A DNA stretch of 64,000 nucleotides from NCBI RefSeq assembly GCF_009914755.1, contig NC_060933.1; one strand, written 5' to 3'. This document shows, in pieces, positions 27,701-42,899 of this stretch. A program made the position numbers and the translations under genes. The notes under the pieces were generated by a model, which ran no database searches, had not been told where the DNA came from, and saw only the letters and a program-made list of their open reading frames with translations. Source of the stretch: the human T2T-CHM13v2.0 reference genome, Homo sapiens. Numbering within the stretch: the first letter of the stretch is position 1; every line of letters starts with the position of its first letter.

Positions 27701-30700
27701 CCATTCTATTCGGGTTAATTCCATTCCATTCCATTCGATTGCAATCGAGTTGATTGCATTCCATTCCATTCCATTCCATTCCATTCCATTCCATTCCTTT
27801 CCATTCCATTATGGATGATTCCATTCCATTGCATTCCATTCCATTCTAATTCCCTGCACTCGGGTTGATTCCATTCCATTCCACTCCATTCCGTTCCATT
27901 CCATTCCATTCCATTGTATTCGGGTTAATTCCATTCCATTCCATTCCATTCCATTCCATTCCATTCTGGAAGATTCCATTCCATTGCATTCCATTCCATT
28001 CCATTCCCCTGCACTCGCGTTGATTCCATTCCATTCCATTCCATTCCATTCCATTCCATTCCATTCTATTCCATTCCTTTCCGTTCCATTCCATTCCCTT
28101 CCATTCCATTCCAATCCATTCCATTCCGTTCCGTTCCATTCCATTCCATTCCATTCCATTCTATTCGGGTTAATTCCATTCCATTCCATTGCATTCCATT
28201 CCATTCCATTCCCCTGCACTCGCGCTGATTCCATTCCATTCCATTCCATTCGATTTCATTCCATTCCATTCCGTTCCGTTCCATTCCATTCCATTCCATT
28301 CCATTCCGTTCCGTTCCATTCCATTCCATTCCATTCTATTCGGGTTAATTCCATTCCATTCCATTCGATTGCAATCGAGTGGATTCCATTCCATTCCATT
28401 CCATTCCATTCCATTCCATTCCATTCCTTTCCATTCCATTACGGATGATTCCATTCCATTCCATTGCATTCCATTCCATTCCATTGCCTTCCATTCCATT
28501 CCATTACATTCGGATTGATTCTATTCAACTCCCTTACTCTCCATTACATTCCATTCCATTCGGGTTGTTCCATTCCATTCCATTCCATTCCACTCCATTC
28601 CATTGCACTCGGGTTTATTCCATTCCATTCCATTCCATTCCATTCCGGAAGATTCCATTCTATTGCATTCCATTCCATTCCATTCCCCTGCACTCGCGTT
28701 GATTCCATTCCATTCCATTCCATTCCATTCCATTCCATTCCATTCCATTCCATTCCTTTCCGTTCCATTGCATTCCATTCCATTCCATTCCAATCCCTTC
28801 CATTCCGTTCCGTTCAATTCCATTCCATTCCATTCCATTCTATTCGGGTTAATTCCATTCCATTCCATTCGATTGCAATCGAGTTGATTCCATTCCATTC
28901 CATTCCATTCCATTCCGTTCCATTCCATTCCTTTCCATTCCATTACGGATGATTCCATTCCATTGCATTCCGTTCCATTACATTCTCCTGCACTCGCGTT
29001 GATTCCATTCCATTCCATTCCATTCCATTCAATTCCATTCCGTTACAATTCATTCCATTCCATTCTATTCCGTACCACTCCATTCCATTCCATACCATTC
29101 CATTCCATTCCATTCCATTCTATTCCATTCCATTCCGTTCCGTTCCGTTCCGTTCCATTCCATTCCATTCCATTCTATTGAGGTTAATTCCGTTCCATTC
29201 CATTCCATTCCATTCTATTCCATTCCATTGCAATCGAGTTGAATCCATTGCATTTCATTCCATTCCATTCCATTCTTTCCATTCCGGAAGATTCCATTCC
29301 ATTGCATTCCATTCCATTCCATTCCCCTATACTCGCTTTGATTCCATTCCATTCCATTCCATTCCATTCTGTTCTGTTCCGTTCCATTCCATTCCATTCC
29401 ATTCCATTCCTTTCCGTTCCATTCCATTCCATTACATTCCATTCCGTTCCGTTCCATTCCATTCCATTCCATTCTATTCGGGTTAATTCCATTCCATTCC
29501 ATTCCATTGCAATCGAGTTGATTCCATTCCATTCCATTCCATTCCATTCCATTCCTTTCCAATCCATTACGGATGATTCCATTCCATTGCATTCCATTCC
29601 ATTCCATTCCCCTGTACTCGGGTTGATTCCAATCCATTCCATTGCAATCCATGCCATTCCACTCGTGTGGATTACATTCTTTCCATTCCATTCAAGTTGA
29701 ATCCATTCCATTGCATTCCATTCCATTCGATTCCATTCGATTGCACTCGGGTTGATTCCATTCCATTGCATTCCATTCCATTCCATTCCATTCCATTCCA
29801 TTCCGTTCCATTCCATTTCATTACATTCAGATTGATTCTATTCAATTCCCTTACACTCCATTATATTCCAATCCATTCTGGTTGTTTCCATTCCATTCTA
29901 TTCCAATTCACTCCATTCCATTGCACTCGGGTTGATTCCATTCCATTCCATTCCATTGCATTCCATTCCATTCCATTCCGGATGATTCCATTCCATTGCA
30001 TTCCATTCCATTCCATTCCCCTGCACTCCGGTTGATTCCATTCCATTCCATTCCATTACATTCCGTTCCATTCCATTCCATTCCATTCGGATTGATTCTA
30101 TTCAATTCCCTTACACTCCATTACATTCCATTCCATTCGGGTAGTTTCCATTCCATTCCATTCCATTCCTCTCCATTCCATTGCACTCGGGTTGATTCCA
30201 TTCCATTCCATTCCATTCCATTACATTACATTACATTACATTACATTCCGTTCCATTGTACTCGGGTTGATTCCATTCCATTGCATTCCATTCCATTCCG
30301 TTCCATTCCATTCCGTTCCACTCCATTACATTCGGATTGATTCTATTCAACTCCCTTACTCTCCATTACATTCCATTCCATTCGGGTTGTTCCATTCCAT
30401 TCCATTCGATTCGACTCCATTCCATTGCACTCGGGTTGATTCCATTCCATTCCATTCCATTCCATTCCATTCCATTCCGGATGATTCCATTCCATTGCAT
30501 TCCGTTCCATTACATTCCCCTGCACTCTGGTTGATTCCATTCCATTCCATTCGATTCCATTCCATTCCAATTCTTTCCATTCCATTCTATTCCGTACCAT
30601 TCCATTCCATTCCATACAATTCCATTCCATTACATTCCACTCCGTTCCGTTCCGTTCCGTTCCGTTCTGTTCCATTCCATTCCATTCCATTCTATTCGGT

Positions 30701-31244
30701 TTAATTCCATTCCATTCCATTCCATTAAATTCTATTCCATTCCATTGCAATCGAGTTGAATCCATTGCATTCCATTCCATTCCATTCCATTCCATTCCAT
30801 TCCATTCCATTCCGGAAGATTCCATTCCATTGCATTCCATTCCATTCCATTCCATTGTACTCGGGTTGATTCCATTCCATTGCATTCCATTCCATTCCAT
30901 TCCATTCCATTCCATTCCGTTCCATTCCATTCCATTCCATTGTACTCGGGTTGATTCCATTCCATTGCATTCCATTCCATTCCATTCCATTCCATTCCGT
31001 TCCATTCCATTCCCTTACATTCGGATTGATTCTTTTCAACTCCCTTACTCTCCATTACATTCCATTCCATTCGGGTTGTTCCATTCCATTCCATTCCATT
31101 CCACTCCATTCCGTTGCACTCGGGTTGATTCCTTTCCATTCCATTCCATTACATTCCATCCCATTCCATTCCATTCCGGATGATTCCATTCCATTGCATT
31201 CCGTTCCATTACATTCCCCTGCACTCGCGTTGATTCCATTCCAT

Positions 31245-31679
31245 TCCATTCCATTCCATTCCATTCCTTTCCATTCCTTTACGGATGATTCCATTCCATT
31301 GCATTCCATTCCATTCCATTCCCCTGTACTCGGGTTGATTCCATTCCATTCCATTCCAATCCATGCCATTCCACTCGTGTTGATTCCATTGTTTCCATTC
31401 CATTCAAGTTGAATCCATTCCATTGCATTCCATTCCATTCCATTCCCCTGCAATCGAGTTGATTCCATTCCATTCCATTCCATTCCATTCCATTCCATTC
31501 CATTCCTTTCCATTCCATTACGGATGATTCCATTCCATTGCATTCCATTCCATTCCATTCCCCTGTAGTCGGGTTGATTCCATTCCATTCCATTCCAATC
31601 CATGCCATTCCACTCGTGTTGATTCCATTCTTTCCATTCCATTAAAGTTGAATCCATTCCTTTGCATTCCATTCCATTC
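31245..31679 (+). repeat. Local duplication of a ~195-bp module, offset 239 bp
   Basis: ACGGATGATTCC at 31281/31520 and CCAATCCATGCC at 31356/31595. The copies are joined by the hybrid motif CCCCTGCAATCGAGTTG (~31445). Confidence 0.75.
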
Positions 31680-33016
31680 GATTCCATTCGATTGCAGTCG
31701 GGTTGATTCCATTCCATTGCATTCCATTCCATTCCATTCCATTCCATTCCATTCCGTTCCATTCCATTCCACTACATTCGGATTGATTCTATTCAATTCC
31801 CTTACACTCCATTACATTCCGTTCCATTCGGGTAGTTTCCATTCCATTCCATTCCATTCCTCTCCATTCCATTGCACTCGGGTTGATTCCATTCCATTGC
31901 ATTCCATTCCATTCCATTCAATTCCATTCCGTTCCATTCCATTCCATTACATTCGGATTGATTCTATTCAACTCCCTTACTCGCCATTACATTGCATTCC
32001 ATTCGGGTTGTTCAATCCATTCCATTCCATTCCACTCCATTAAATTGCTCTCGGGTTGATTCCATTCCATTCCATTCCATTCCATTCCATTCCGGAAGAT
32101 TCCATTCCATTGCATTCCATTCCATTCTATTCCCATGCACTCGCGTTGATTCCATTCCATTCCATTCTATTCCATTCCATTCCCTTCCTTTCCGTTCCGT
32201 TCCATTCCATTCCATTCCATTCCATTCCATTCCGTTCCGTTCCATTCCATTCCATTCCATTCTATTCGGGTTAATTCCATTCCATTCCATTCGATTGCAA
32301 TCGAGTTGATTCCATTCCATTCCATTCCATTCCATTCCATTCCATTCCTTTCCATTCCATTACGGATGATTCCATTCCACTGCATTCCATTCACTTCCAT
32401 TCCCCTATACTCGGGTTGATTCCATTCCATTCCATTCCAATCCATGCCATTCCACTCGTGTTGATTCCATTCTTTCCATTCCATTCAAGTTGAATCCATT
32501 CCATTGCATTCCATTCCATTCGATTCCATTCGAATGCACTCGGGTTGATTCCATTCCATTGCATTCCTTTCCATTCCATTCCATTCCATTCCATTCCGTT
32601 CCATTCCATTTCATTACATTCAGATTGATTCTATTCAATTCCCTTACACTCCATTATATTCCAATCCATTCTGTTTGTCTCCATTCCATTCCATTCCATT
32701 TCACTCCATTCCATTGCACTCGAGTTGATTCCATTCCATTCCATTCCATTGCATTCCATTCCATTCCATTCCGGATGATTCCATTCCATTGCATTCCATT
32801 CCATTGCATTCCTCTGCACTCGGGTTGATTCCATTCCATTCCATTCCATTACATTCCGTTCCATTCCATTTCATTCCTTTTGGATTGATTCTATTCAATT
32901 CCCTTACATTCCATTACATTCCATTCCATTCGGGTAGTTTCCATTCTATTCCATTCCATTCCTCTCCATTCCATTGCACTCGGGTTGATTCCATTCCATT
33001 CCATTCCATTCCATTC

Positions 33017-33046
33017 CATTACATTACATTACATTACATTACATTA
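33017..33046 (+). repeat. (CATTA)6 variant-pentamer run
   Basis: Read directly. Paralogous positions (~5886, 9146, 16100, 30219, 36064) carry shorter runs. Confidence 0.9.
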
Positions 33047-33345
33047 CATTCCGTTCCATTGTACTCGGGTTGATTCCATTCCATTGCATTCCATTCCATT
33101 CCATTCCATTCCATTCCATTCCATTCCATTCCATTCCATTCCATTCCATTCCATTGTACTCGGGTTGATTCCATTCCATTGCATTCCATTCCTTTCCATT
33201 CCATTCCATTCCATTCCGTTCCATTCCATTCCATTACATTCGGATTGATTCTATTCAACTCCCTTACTCTCCATTACATTCCATTCCATTCGGGTTGTTC
33301 CATTCCATTCCATTCCCTTCCACTCCATTCCATTCCATTCCATTC

Positions 33346-33445
33346 CATTCCATTCAATTCCATTCCATTACAATTCGTTCCATTCCATTCTATTCCATTC
33401 CATTCAATTCCATTCCATTACAATTCGTTCCATTCCATTCTATTC
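33346..33445 (+). repeat. 50-bp tandem duplication
   Basis: CATTCAATTCCATTCCATTACAATTCGTTCCATTCCATTCTATTC at 33351 and 33401. Confidence 0.85.
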
Positions 33446-34499
33446 TATACCATTCCATTCCATTCCATACCATTCCATTCCATTCCATTCCATTCCATTG
33501 GGTTCCATTCCTTTCCATTCCATTCCATTCCATTCTATTCGGGTTAATTCCATTCCATTCCCTTCCATTCCATTCCATTCTATTCCTTTCCATTGCAATC
33601 GAGTTGAATCCATTGCATTTCATTCCATTCCATTCCATTCCATTCCATTCCGGAACATTCCATTCCATTGCATTCCATTCCATTCCATTCCCCTGCACTC
33701 GCGTTGATCCCATTCCATTCCATTCCATTCCATTCCGTTCCGTTCCGTTCCATTCCATTCCATTCCATTCCATTCCATTCCATTCCGGAAGATTCCATTC
33801 CATTGCATTCCATTCCATTCCATTCCATTCCATTCCATTCCATTCCATTCCATTCCATTCCATTGTACTCGGGTTGATTCCATTACATTGCATTCCATTC
33901 CATTCCATTCCATTCCGTTCCATTCCATTCCCTTACATTTGGATTGATTCTTTTCAACTCCCTTACTCTCCATTACATTCCATTCCATTCGGGTTGTTCC
34001 ATTCCATTCCATTCCATTCCACTCTATTCCATTGCACTCGGGTTGATTCCATTCCATTCCATTCCATTCCATTCAATTCCATTCCATTACAATTAGTTCC
34101 ATTCCATTCTATTCCATACCATTCCATTCCATTCCATACCATTCCATTCCATTCCATTCCATTCTGTTCCATTCCGTTCCATTCCATTCCATTCCATTCT
34201 ATTCGGGTTAATTCCATTCCATTCCATTCTATCCCATTCCATTCTATTCCATTCCATTGCAGTCGAGTTGAATCCATTGCATTTCATTCCATTCCATTCC
34301 ATTCCATTCCATTCCGGAACATTCCATGCCATTGCATTCCATTCCATTCCATTCCCCTGCACTCGCGTTGATCTCATTCCATTCCATTCCATTCCATTCC
34401 ATTCCGTTCCATTCCATTCCATTCCATTCCATTCCATTCCGGATGATTCCATTCCATTGCATTCCATTCCACTCCATTCCCCTGCACTCGCGTTGATTC

Positions 34500-37400
34500 C
34501 ATTCCATTCCATTACATTCGGATTGATTCTTTTCAATTCCCTTACACTCCATTCCATTCCTTTCCATTCCATTCCATTCCGTTCCATTCCATTCCATTAC
34601 ATTCGGATTGATTATATTCAATTCCCTTACACTCCATTTCATTCCATTCCATTCGGGTAGTTTCCATTCCATTCCATTCCATTCCTCTCCATTCCATTGT
34701 ACTCGGGTTGATTCCATTCCATTGCATTCCATTCCATTCCATTCAATTCCTTTCCGTTCCATTCCATTTCATTACATTCAGATTGATTCTGTTCAACTCC
34801 CTTACTCTCCATTACATTCCATTCCATTCGGGTTGTTCCATTCCATTCCATTCCATTCGACTCCATTCCATTGCATTCGGGTTTATTCCATTCCATTCCA
34901 TTCCATTCAATTCAATTCCATTCTATTACAATTCGTTCCATTCCATTCTATTCCGTACCATTCCATTCGATTCCATACCATTCCATTCCATTCCCTTCCA
35001 TTCCATTCCGTTCCATTCCGTTCCATTCCATACCATTCCATTCTATTCGGATTAATTCCTTTCCATTCCATTCCATTCCATTCTTTTCCATTCCATTGCA
35101 ATCGAGTTGAATCCATTGCATTTCATTCCATTCCAATCCATTCAATTCCATTCCGGAAGATTCCATTCCATTGCATTCCATTCCATTGCATTCCCCTGCA
35201 CTCGCGTTGATTCCATTCCATTCCATTCCATTCCATTCCATTCCGTTCCGTTCCATTCCATTCCATTCCATTCCATTCTGTTCCGTTCCATTCCATTCCA
35301 TTCCATTCTATTCGGGTTAATTCCATTCCATTCCATTCGATTGCAATCGAGTTGATTCCATTCCATTCCATTCCATTCCATTCCATTCCATTCCTTTCCA
35401 TTCCATTACGGATGATTCCATTCCATTGCATTCCATTCCTTTGCATTCCCCTGTACTCGGGTTGATTCCATTCCATTCCATTCCAATCCATGCCATTCCA
35501 CTCGTGTTGATTCCATTCTTTCCATTCCATTCAAGTTGAATCCATTCCATTGCATTCCATTCCATTCGATTCCATTCGATTGCACTCGGGTTGATTCCAT
35601 TCCATTGCATTCCATTCCATTCCATTCCATTCCATTCCATTCCATTCCGTTCCATTCCATTTCATTACATAAAGTTTGATACTATTCAATTCACTTACAC
35701 TCCATTATATTCCAATCCATTCTGGTTGTTTCCATTCCATTCCATTCCATTTCACTCCATTCCATTGCACTCGGGTTGATTCCATTCCATTCCATTCCAT
35801 TGCATTCCATTCCATTCCATTCCGGATGATTCCATTCCATTGCATTCCATTCCATTCCATTCCCCTGCACTCGGGTTGATTCCATTCCATTCCATTCCAT
35901 TACATTCCGTTCCATTCCATTCCATTCCATTCGGATTGATTCTATTCAATTCCCTTACACTCCATTACATTCCATTCCATTCGGGTAGTTTCCATTCCAT
36001 TCCATTCCATTCCTCTCCATTCTATTGCACTCGGGTTGATTCCATTCCATTCCATTCCATTCCATTACATTACATTACATTACATTCCGTTCCATTGTAC
36101 TCGGTTTGATTCCATTCCATTGCATTCCATTCCATTCCATTCCGTTCCATTCCATTACATTCGGATTGATTCTATTCAACTCCCTTACGATCCATTACAT
36201 TCCATTACATTCGGGTTGTTCCATTCCATTCCATTCCATTCCACTCCATTCCATTGCACTCGGGTTGATTCCATTCCATTCCATTCCATTCCATTCCATT
36301 CCGTTCCTTCCCATTCCGGATGATTCCATTCCATTGCATTCCGTTCCATTACATTACCCTGCACTCGGGTTGATTCCATTCCATTCCATTCCATTCCATT
36401 CGATTCCATTCCATTCCAATTCTTCCCATTCCATTCTATTCCGTACCATTCCATTCCATTCTATACAATTCCATTCCATTCCATTCCACTCCGTTCCGTT
36501 GCGTTCCGTTCCGTTCCGTTCCGTTCCATTCCATTCCATTCTCTTCGGTTTAATTCCATTCCATTCCATTCCATTCCATTCTATTCCATTCCATTGCAAT
36601 CGAGTTGAATCCATTGCATTCCATTCCATTCCATTCCATTCCATTCCATTCCATTCCATTCCGGAAGATTCCATTCCATTGCATTCCATTCCATTGCATT
36701 CCATTCCATTCCATTCCATTCCATTCCATTGCATTCCATTCCATTGTACTCGGGTTGATTCCATTCCATTGCATTCCATTCCATTCCATTACATTCCATT
36801 CCCTTCCATTCCATTCCATTACATTCGGATTGATTCTTTTCAACTCCCTTACTCTCCATTACATTCCATTCCATTCGGGTTGTTCCATTCCATTCCATTC
36901 CATTCCATTCCATTCCATTGCACTTGGGTTGATTCCATTCCATTCCATTCCATTACATTCCGGATGATTCCATTCCATTGCATTCCGTTCCATTACATTC
37001 CTCTGCACTCGGGTTGATTTCATTCCATTCCATTCCATTCCATTCGATTCCATTCCATTCCCCTGCACTCGCGTAGATTCCATTCCATTCCATTCCATTC
37101 CATTCCATTCCATTCCAATCCTTTCCATTCCATTCCACTCGGGTTGATTCCATTCTGTTAGTTTCCATTCCATTCCATTCCCTTCCATTCCACTCTGGTT
37201 GATTCCATTCCTTTCCATTCCACTCGAATACATTCCCTCCTTTCCACTCGGAACGATTCCATTCCATTCCATTCCATTCCATTCCATTCTATTTTGTTCC
37301 ATTCCATTCTATTCCATATCATTCCATTCCATTCCATTCCATTCCATTCCTTTCCATTCCACTCGTGTTGATTCCATTCCTTTCTATTCCATTCGGTTTG

Positions 37401-40400
37401 AAGGCATTCCATTCCATTCCATTCCATTCCATTCCATTCCATTCCATTCCATTCCATTGTACTCGGGTTGATTCCATTCCATTGCATTCCATTCCATTCC
37501 ATTCCATTCCATTCCGTTGCATTCCATTCCATTACATTCGGATTGATTCTATTCAACTCCCTTACTCTCCATTACATTCCATTCCATTCGGGTTGTTCCA
37601 TTCCATTTCATTCCTTTCCACTCCATTCCCCTGCACTCGCGTTGATTCCATTCCATTCCATTCCATTCCATTCCATTCCGTTCCGTTCCGTTCCATTCCA
37701 TTCCATTCCATTCCATTCCATTCCGTTCCGTTCCATTCCATTCCATTCCATTCTATTCGGGTTAATTCCATTCCATTCCATTCTATTGCAATCGAGTTGA
37801 TTCCATTCCATTCCATTCCATTCCATTCCATTTCATTCCATTCCATTCCTTTCAGTTCCTTTCCATTCCATTACGGATGATTCCATTCCATTGCATTCCA
37901 TTCCATTCCATTCCGCTGTACTCGGGTTGATTCCATTCCATTCCATTCCAATCCATGCCATTCCACTCATGTTGATTCCATTCTTTCCATTCCATCAAAG
38001 TTGAATCCGTTCCATTGCATTCCATTCCATTCGATTCCATTCGATTGCACTCGGGTTGATTCCATTCCATTGCATACCATTCCATTCCATTCCATTCCAT
38101 TCCATTGCATTCCATTCCGTTCCATTCCATTCCATTACATTCGGATTGATTCTATTCAATTCCCTTACACTCCATTACATTCCATTCCATTCGGGTACTT
38201 TCCATTCCATTCCATTCCATTCCTCTCCATTCCATTGTACTCGGGTTGATTCCATTCCATTGCATTCCATTCCATTCCATTCCCCTGCACTCGCGTTGAT
38301 TCCATTCCATTCCATTCCATTCCATTCCGTTCCATTCCGTTCCACTCCATTCCATTCCATGCTATTCGGGTTAATTCCATTCCATTCCATTCCATTCTAT
38401 TCCATTCCATTGCAATCGAGTTGAATCCATTGCATTTCATTCCATTCCATTCCATTCCATTCCATTCCGGAAGATTCCATTCCATTGCATTCCATTCCAT
38501 TCCATTCCCCTTCACTCGCGTTGATTCCATTCCATTCCATTCCATTCCATTCCATTCCATTCCGTTCCGTTCCATTCCGTTCCATTCCATTCCATTCCAT
38601 TCCATTCCGTTCCGTTCCATTCCATTCCCTTCCATTCTATTCGGGTTAATTCCATTCCATTCCATTCGATTGCAATCAAGTTGATTCCATTCCATTCCAT
38701 TCCATTCCTTTCCATTCCATTACGGATGATTCCATTCCATTGCATTCCATTCCATGCCATTCCCCTGTACTCGGGTTGATTCCATTCCATTCCATTCCAA
38801 TCCATGCCATTCCACTCGTGTTGATTCCATTCTTTCCATTCCATTCAAGTTGAATCCATTCCATTGCATTCCATTCCATTCCATTCCCCTGCAGTCGGGT
38901 TGATTCCATTCCATTCCATTCTATTGCATTCCATTCCATTCCATTCTGTTCCATTCCATTCCATTCCATTCTATTCGGGTTAATTCCATTCCATTCCATT
39001 CCATTCCATTCCATTCCATTCCAATCGAGTTGATTCCATTCCATTCCATTCCATTCCATTCCACTCCATTCCAGTCCTTTCCATTCCATTCCACTCGGGT
39101 AGATTCCAATGTATTCCTTTCCTTTCCATTCCATTCCACTGCAATCGAGTTTATTCCATTGCTTTGCATTCCATTCCATTCCATTCCATTCCGGATGATT
39201 CCATTCCATTGCATTCCATTCCATTCTAATCCCCTGCACTCGGGTTGATTCCATTCCATTCCACTCCATTCCGTTGCATTCTATTCCTTTCCATTGTATT
39301 CGGGTTTATTCCATTCCATTCCATTCCATTCCATTCCATTCCATTCCATTCCATTACAATCGAGTTGATTCCATTCCATTCCATTCCATTCCAGTCCTTT
39401 CCATTCCATTCCACTCGGGTGGATTCCATTCTATTAGTTTCCATTCCATTCCATTCCCTTCCATTCCACTCTGGTTGATTCCATTCCTTTCCATTCCACT
39501 GGAATACATTCCCTCCTATTCCACTCGGAACGATTCCATTCCATTCCATTCCATTCCATTCCGGATGATTCCATTCCATTGCATTCCGTTCCATTACATG
39601 CCCCTGCTCTCGCGTTGATTCCATTCCATTCCATTCCATTCCATTCAATTCCATTCCATTACAATTCGTTCCATTCCATTCTATTCCGTACCATTCCATT
39701 CCATTCCCCTGCACTCAGGTTGATTCCATTCCATTCCATTCCACTCCATTCGGTTCCGTTCCATTCCATTCTATTGCATTCCATTCTATTCGGGTTAATT
39801 CCATTTCATTCTATTCCATTCTATTCCATTCCATTCCATTCAATGGAGTTGATTCCATTCCATTCCATTCCATTCCGGATGATTCCATTCCATTGCATTC
39901 CATTCCATTCCATTCCCCTGCACTCGCTTTGATTCCATTCCATTCCATTCCATTCCATTCGATTCCATTCCATTCCCCTGCACTCGCGTTGATTCCATTC
40001 CATTCCATTCCATTCCATTCCATTCCAGTCCTTTCCATTCCATTCCACTCGGGTTGATTCCATTCTATTAGTTTCAATTCCATTCCATTCCCTTCCATTC
40101 CACTCTGGTTGATTCCATTCCTTTCCATTCCACTCGAATACATTCCCTCCTTTCCACTCGGAACGATTCCATTCCATTCCATTCCATTCCATTCCATTCC
40201 ATTCCATTCCATTTCGTTCCATTCCATTCTATTCCGTATCATTCCATTCCATTCCATTCCATTCCATTCCATTCCATTCCATTCCACTCGGGTTGATTCC
40301 ATTCCATTGCATTCCATTCCATTCCATTCCATTCCATTCCGTTACATTCCATTCCATTACATTCGGATTGATTCTATTCAACTCCCTTACTCTCCATTAC

Positions 40401-42510
40401 ATTCCATTCCATTCGGGTTGTTCCATTCCATTCCATTCCATTCCACTCCATTCCCCTGCACTCGCGTTGATTCCATTCCATTCCGTTCCGTTCCATTCCA
40501 TTCCATTCCATTCCATTCCATTCCGTTCCGTTCCGTTCCATTCCATTCCATTCCATTCTATTCGGGTTAATTCCATTCCATTCCATTCGATTGCAATCGA
40601 GTTGATTCCATTCCATTCCATTCCATTCCATTCCATTCCATTACGGATGATTCCATTCCATTGCATTCCATTCCATTCCATTCCGCTGTACTCGGGTTGA
40701 TTCCATTCCATTCCATTCCAATCCATGCCATTCCACTCGTGTTGATTCCATTCTTTCCATTCCATTCAATTTGAATCCATTCCATTGCATTCCATTCCAT
40801 TCGATTCCATTCGATTGTACTCGGGTTGACTCCATTCCATTGCATTCCATTCCATTCCATTCCATTCCATTCCATTCCATTCCATTCCGTTCCATTCCAT
40901 TCCATTACATTCGGATTGATTCTATTCAATTCCCTTACACTCCATTCCATTCCTTTCCATTCCATTCCATTCCGTTCCATTCCATTCCATTACATTCGGA
41001 TTGATTCTATTCAATTCCCTTACACTCCATTAAATTCCATTCCATTCGGGTAGTTTCCATTCCATTCCATTCCATTCCTCACCATTCCATTGTACTCGGG
41101 ATGATTCCATTCCATTGCATTCCATTCCATTCCATTCAATTCCTTTCCGTTCCATTCCATTCCATTACATTCAGATTGATTCTGTTCAACTCCCTTACTC
41201 TCCATTACATTCCATTCCATTTGGGTTGTTCAATTCCATTCCATTCCATTCCACTCCATTCCATTGGAATCGGGTTTATTCCATTCCATTCCATTCCATT
41301 CCATTCCATTCCATTACAATTCGTTCCATTCCATTCTATTGCGTACCATTCCATTGGATTCCATATCATTCCATTCCATTCCTTTCCATTCCATTCCGTT
41401 CCATTCCGTTCCATTCCATACCATTCCATTCTATTCGGATTAATTCCATTCCATTCCATTCCATTCCACTCTATTCCATTCCATTGCAATCGAGTTGAAT
41501 CCATTGCATTTCATTCCATTCCAATCCATTCCATTCCATTCCGGAAGATTCCATTCCATTGCATTCCATTCCATTCCATTCCCCTGCACTCGCGTTGATT
41601 CCATTCTATTCCATTCCATTCCATTCCGTTCCGTTCCATTCCATTCCATTCCATTCCATTCCATTCCGTTCCGTTCCATTCCATTCCATTCCATTCTATT
41701 TGGGTTAATTCCATTCCATTCCATTCGATTGCAATCGAGTTGATTCCATTCCATTCCATTGCATTCCATTCCATCCCATTCCATTCCATTCCTTTCCATT
41801 CCATTACGGATGATTCCATTCCATTGCATTCCATTCCATTCCATTCCCCTGTACTCGGGTTGATTCCATTCCATTCCATTCCAATCCATGCCATTCCACT
41901 CGTGTTGATTCCATTCTTTCCATTCCATTCAAGTTGAATCCATCCCATTGCGTTCCATTCCATTCGATTCCATTCGATTGCACTCGGGTTGATTCCATTC
42001 CATTGCATTCCATTCCATTCCATTCCATTCCATTCCATTCCATTCCGTTCCATTCCATTTCATTAGATTCAGATTGATACTATTCAATTCCCTTACACTC
42101 CATTATATTCCAATCCATTCTGGTTGTTTCCATTCCATTCCATTCCATTTCACTCCATTCCATTGCACTCGGGTTGATTCCATTCCATTCCATTCCATTG
42201 CATTCCATTCCATTCCATTCCGGATGATTCCATTCCATTGCATTCCATTCCATTCCATTCCCCTGCACTCGGGTTGATTCCATTCCATTCCATTCCATTC
42301 CATTCCGTTCCATTCCATTCCATTCCATTCGGATTGATTCTATTCAATTCCCTTACACTCCATTACATTCCATTCCATTCGGGTAGTTTCCATTCCATTC
42401 CATTCCATTCCTCTCCATTCTATTGCACTCGGGTTGATTCCATTCCATTCCATTCCATTCCATTCCATTCCATTACATTACATTACTTTCCGTTCCATTG
42501 TACTCGGGTT
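34500..42510 (+). repeat. ~1.6-kb dispersed duplication, offset ~6.39 kb (~34500-36120 and ~40890-42510)
   Basis: Shared variants: an internal 85-bp duplication (34515/34600 and 40908/40993), GATTGATTCTGTTCAACTCC (34781/41174), CCAATCC before CCGGAAG (35133/41521), GATACTATTC (35678/42076), CTCTCCATTCTATTGCAC (36014/42411). Confidence 0.82.
37090..40940 (+). repeat. ~1-kb dispersed duplication, offset ~2.8-2.9 kb (~37090-38170 and ~40000-40940)
   Basis: Shared 1-bp-shorter variant CATTCCCTCCTTTCCACTCGGAACG (37231/40141), shared truncated module CCACTCCATTCCCCTGCACTCGCG (37618/40443), and TTCCGCTGTACTCGGG (37911/40681). Confidence 0.8.
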
Positions 42511-42899
42511 TATCTCATTCCATTGCATTCCATTCCATTCCATTCCATTCCATTCCATTCCATTCCATTCTATTCCATTCCATTGCAATCGAGTTGAATC
42601 CATTGCATTTCATTCCATTCCATTCCATTCCGAAAGATTCCAATCCATTGCATTCCATTCCATTCCATTCCCCTGCACTCGCTTTGATTCCATTCCATTC
42701 CATTCCATTCCATTCCATTCCGTTCCGTTCCGTTGCATTCCATTCCGTTCCATTCCATTCCATTCCGTTCCATTCCATTCCATTCCATTCCATTGTATTC
42801 GGGTTAATTCCATTCCATTCTATTCGATTGCAATCGAGTTGACTCCATTCCATTCCATTCCATTCCATTCCATTCCATTCCATTCCTTTCCATTCCATT

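Noticed and set aside
33295-34371. 358-aa + strand ORF
   Set aside because: It is the same low-complexity IPFHS translation. Its length reflects which frame the TGA/TAA-bearing landmarks happen to fall in.
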